Of a stretch of DNA of 64,000 nt, positions 61,125 to 64,000 are shown in pieces. Below the pieces are notes generated by a model. The model worked only from the letters and a program-made list of their open reading frames with translations, searched no databases and was not told where the DNA came from. A program made the translations under genes and the position numbers. The stretch covers positions 1,408,001 through 1,472,000 of the forward strand of contig CBDEUK010000002.1 in assembly GCA_965243205.1 (NCBI GenBank), read 5' to 3'. This stretch comes from Gammaproteobacteria bacterium. Its GTDB lineage: Bacteria > Pseudomonadota > Gammaproteobacteria > Eutrophobiales > Eutrophobiaceae. Positions within the stretch are counted from its first letter, which is position 1. Every line of letters starts with the position of its first letter.

Positions 61125-62510
61125 ATGTTGTATAAAAAATATTTTAAGCACTTCTCAGGCTTATATAGCCAGTTAGGAAAAAGCCTTTGGTGTCATGATT
61201 TTTCTTCGAATCATTATATAAAGCAAGCGCATCACTCGCTAAACCATAAAATCTCTCAATATTCACAAGAACTGGTCGATAGCCTTATTAAGCAGCATCC
61301 AACTGTCATGAGTCAGATGAGACCAGACATTAAAGCTTCACGAGGTGAACTGATGCTAAAAAGCCAAAATCAAAGTGAGTCCGTAACATTAAAGAAAAGT
61401 GATATTGCCATTTTTCTAAACGGGCTAGCTTTGGTTTTCGTTTTTTTGTTCGCAGTGATTTCTATCCGGCCCGTTAGTGCTGAAGAAATTGAATTTGATT
61501 TCTTTACCCCACCAGGTGAATTAGTACCCATTGGTACTCATCGTTTACATCTATTCTGCAAAGGTAAAGGTAGTCCTACTGTGTTAATCGATTCAGGTTT
61601 AGGAAGTTTTTCCATGGAATGGAAATACATACAAGATAATTTAGCTAAAAATGCTAAAACCTGTATTTATGATCGAGCAGGCTATGGTTGGAGTGAGCCT
61701 GGGCCAACACCAAGAACGACTGAACAAATATCAAATGAACTTTATCAATTAATCCAGGCTAAAACCCTTGAAGGACCATTTATCTTAGTTGGTCATTCAT
61801 TTGGCGGCTATAACATGCGTTATTTTGCCAATGAACATCCAAATATGGTAGCAGGAATTGTATTAGTAGATTCATCTCACCCTGATCAATTTGACCGAAT
61901 GGATCTTAAACCTGTAAATAAGCGTGTATCTCGCTCTGGGAAACAATATAAACACACTCTCTCAATTCCTCTTTTACACGAGAAATACCCAACAGAAGTA
62001 AAGTTTCTTGCGTTCAGAATGTTGACCAAACGACAATCTCATTTAGCTCGCTTCAATGAAGAAGATCATTTTAGAGATAGTGCGAAACAAGTTGCTACAG
62101 CGAATCATTTGCCAAATGTTCCTCTCGTCGTTGTCACTCGAGGTAAACGAGTATGGCCACAAGGAAAACAAGGCGATAAATTAGAATCTGCCTGGGAATC
62201 TATGCAAGCAGAGCTTAGTTATTTATCAACCATTTCTATTCAAATAGTCGCAAAAAACAGCGGTCATAGTGTGCATCTTGATCAACCTCACCTTGTGACT
62301 TCAGCGGTAATGAACACTATAAATGCCGCAAGACGGATTCAAACGAATCAAATAGGTAAATTGAGTGATGAGATTCAGTTCATTCAACCTAACGTTAATA
62401 CACCTTTGAATTATTATTTTGATTTTCCAATGATTGGCGCTTATATCAATCATTCAACAAATACTATGTACCACGATTCGAGCTCGTTTGCTTTGAACTT
62501 GCATTTATAA
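61125..62510 (+). CDS. Exported or membrane-anchored alpha/beta hydrolase (start uncertain: 61125 or 61353)
   Basis: GLG, YDRAGYGWS, GHSFGG, VDSSH, SGHSVH; hydrophobic segment ending VSA. Confidence 0.85.
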   Translation: MLYKKYFKHFSGLYSQLGKSLWCHDFSSNHYIKQAHHSLNHKISQYSQELVDSLIKQHPTVMSQMRPDIKASRGELMLKSQNQSESVTLKKSDIAIFLNGLALVFVFLFAVISIRPVSAEEIEFDFFTPPGELVPIGTHRLHLFCKGKGSPTVLIDSGLGSFSMEWKYIQDNLAKNAKTCIYDRAGYGWSEPGPTPRTTEQISNELYQLIQAKTLEGPFILVGHSFGGYNMRYFANEHPNMVAGIVLVDSSHPDQFDRMDLKPVNKRVSRSGKQYKHTLSIPLLHEKYPTEVKFLAFRMLTKRQSHLARFNEEDHFRDSAKQVATANHLPNVPLVVVTRGKRVWPQGKQGDKLESAWESMQAELSYLSTISIQIVAKNSGHSVHLDQPHLVTSAVMNTINAARRIQTNQIGKLSDEIQFIQPNVNTPLNYYFDFPMIGAYINHSTNTMYHDSSSFALNLHL

Positions 62511-62667
62511 AGTTTTTTGTACCCTCCTCCTCTAAATTAGGCTCTTCTGTCATGAAATATTCATGGCAGAACGCTTAAATTCTGTTTTAACTCCACTTCT
62601 TAGCCCTTATAATAGCCAGCCTTTTTGCATAGCCAGATGGCTGCAACTAAAAATTGAGGATAATGAC

Positions 62668-63009
62668 ATGTCTGATGATCTATTTTTAAAAATCATTAAC
62701 CGTGAAATACCGGCTGATATTGTTTTTGAAGATGATCAATGCTTAGCGTTTAAAGATATAAATCCGCAAGCACCGATGCACATATTAATTATCCCTAAAA
62801 TACGAATACCGAAATTGGTAGAAGCTGAAGACTCACATCAGGATTTGTTAGGTCATTTAATGTTAAAAGCAAAAGAAATTGCTAAAGAGCAAGGCTATGG
62901 TGAAGCATTTCGTTTAGTTATCAATAACGGTGCTGATGTCGGCCAAACGGTATTCCACTTACATTTACACATTCTAGGTGGCAGAGATTTCAGCTGGCCT
63001 CCAGGTTAA
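62668..63009 (+). CDS. hinT: Histidine triad nucleotide-binding protein
   Basis: FLKII..EIP, FKDINPQAP, HLHLH, WPPG; GAGG RBS before ATG 62668. Confidence 0.93.
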   Translation: MSDDLFLKIINREIPADIVFEDDQCLAFKDINPQAPMHILIIPKIRIPKLVEAEDSHQDLLGHLMLKAKEIAKEQGYGEAFRLVINNGADVGQTVFHLHLHILGGRDFSWPPG

Positions 63010-63027
63010 ACAAACGAATAAATAAAA

Positions 63028-64000
63028 ATGATAGTTAAAACAGACGACCTTCGAATTGAATCAATTAAAGCCGTTACACCACCTGCGGAAATCATTGAAG
63101 AAATACCAATTACAGAAAACGCAGCTAATACAGTCGATGAAACTAGAACTGGCATTCAAAATATCATTAAAGGCGATGACAAACGCTTAATGGTCGTCAT
63201 TGGCCCATGTTCTATTCACAACGTTGATTCAGCAATTGATTATGCAAAACGTTTATTGCCATTAAAACAAAAGCACCAAGATGATTTATTAATCGTCATG
63301 CGAGTTTATTTTGAAAAACCAAGAACCACAGTAGGCTGGAAAGGTTTAATTAATGACCCTGATTTGGATAACAGCTTCCAAATTAATAAGGGATTGCGTA
63401 TGGCACGTGAATTGTTACTGGAATTAAATAATATGGGTATGCCTGCAGGCACCGAATATTTAGACCTGATCACACCACAGTACGTAACAGACTTAATCAG
63501 TTGGGGTGCGATTGGCGCGCGAACTACTGAAAGTCAGTGTCATCGTGAATTAGCATCGGGCCTCTCCTGCCCTGTAGGATTTAAAAATGGAACCGATGGC
63601 ACTACTAAGATTGCAGTCGATGCAATCATGTCAGCTTCTAGACCTCATAACTTTTTATCATTACGCAAAGAAGGTAATTCAGCCATTTTTAAAACAGCAG
63701 GCAATCCTTATTGCCATGTGATCTTACGTGGTGGGAAACAACCTAATTATGATGCTGAAAGTATCGATATTGCTGCAAAAGAGTTAGAAGCAGCTAAGCT
63801 TGAGCCAAAACTAATGGTTGATTTTAGTCATGCAAATAGTCAGAAACAACATAGACGTCAGTTAGATGTTGCAGACGATGTTGGGGAACAACTTAAAAAC
63901 AATGAGCAACGTATATTTGGTGTGATGATTGAAAGTAATATTGTCGAAGGGCGTCAAGATAATGTTGAAGGCCAAGAATTAACATATGGACAAAGTATTA
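63028..64000 (+). CDS. aroG: DAHP synthase (class I-alpha, AroG/F/H type), 3' end runs off the window
   Basis: Not in the ORF track. Manual translation MIVKTDDLRI...VIGPCSIH...MRVYFEKPRTTVGWKG...IGARTTESQ...GFKNGTDG...ILRGG...VDFSHANS. Isoform assignment uncertain. Confidence 0.92.
   Translation, partial: MIVKTDDLRIESIKAVTPPAEIIEEIPITENAANTVDETRTGIQNIIKGDDKRLMVVIGPCSIHNVDSAIDYAKRLLPLKQKHQDDLLIVMRVYFEKPRTTVGWKGLINDPDLDNSFQINKGLRMARELLLELNNMGMPAGTEYLDLITPQYVTDLISWGAIGARTTESQCHRELASGLSCPVGFKNGTDGTTKIAVDAIMSASRPHNFLSLRKEGNSAIFKTAGNPYCHVILRGGKQPNYDAESIDIAAKELEAAKLEPKLMVDFSHANSQKQHRRQLDVADDVGEQLKNNEQRIFGVMIESNIVEGRQDNVEGQELTYGQSI

Overview
AT-rich gammaproteobacterial chromosome segment, probably from a marine organism (inferred; a sulfur-oxidiser-type Sat is present). 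The core backbone contains lolB-TPR / hemA-prfA-prmC-moeB, ntrBC, lysA-lptM, rhlB / trxA-rho, aer, groESL, sat, uppP, folM/folK/folB, plsY / tsaD / rpsU-yqeY-dnaG-rpoD-tRNA-Ile2(CAT), hit and a partial DAHP synthase. Main points of interest: (1) At the ntrBC locus the usual type I glnA is replaced by a type II glutamine synthetase. It has a full NtrC/IHF/sigma54 promoter, and a soluble Hanks-type Ser/Thr kinase lies directly upstream. (2) An integrase-less accessory region follows tRNA-Ile2 (~41.1-49.9 kb). It holds five unrelated secreted proteins sharing VPLPA-CTERM sorting tails, lipoproteins, a 58-bp attC-like site bounding an integron-type gene cassette, an SRAP-like pseudogene and a Cys-rich PstS/DING-like secreted protein. 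(3) A sixth VPLPA-CTERM repeat protein lies next to an Xre-RES toxin-antitoxin pair. (4) A Zur-boxed zinc-starvation cluster (COG0523, DUF1826, ZrgA, MerC-like, DUF3299, ABC) is present. (5) Many regulatory sites are readable by eye (CIRCE plus sigma32, FNR, sigma28, sigma54, paired ECF-like promoters). No CRISPR array, rRNA, integrase or transposase was seen. All family assignments come from motif recognition by eye; no searches were run.
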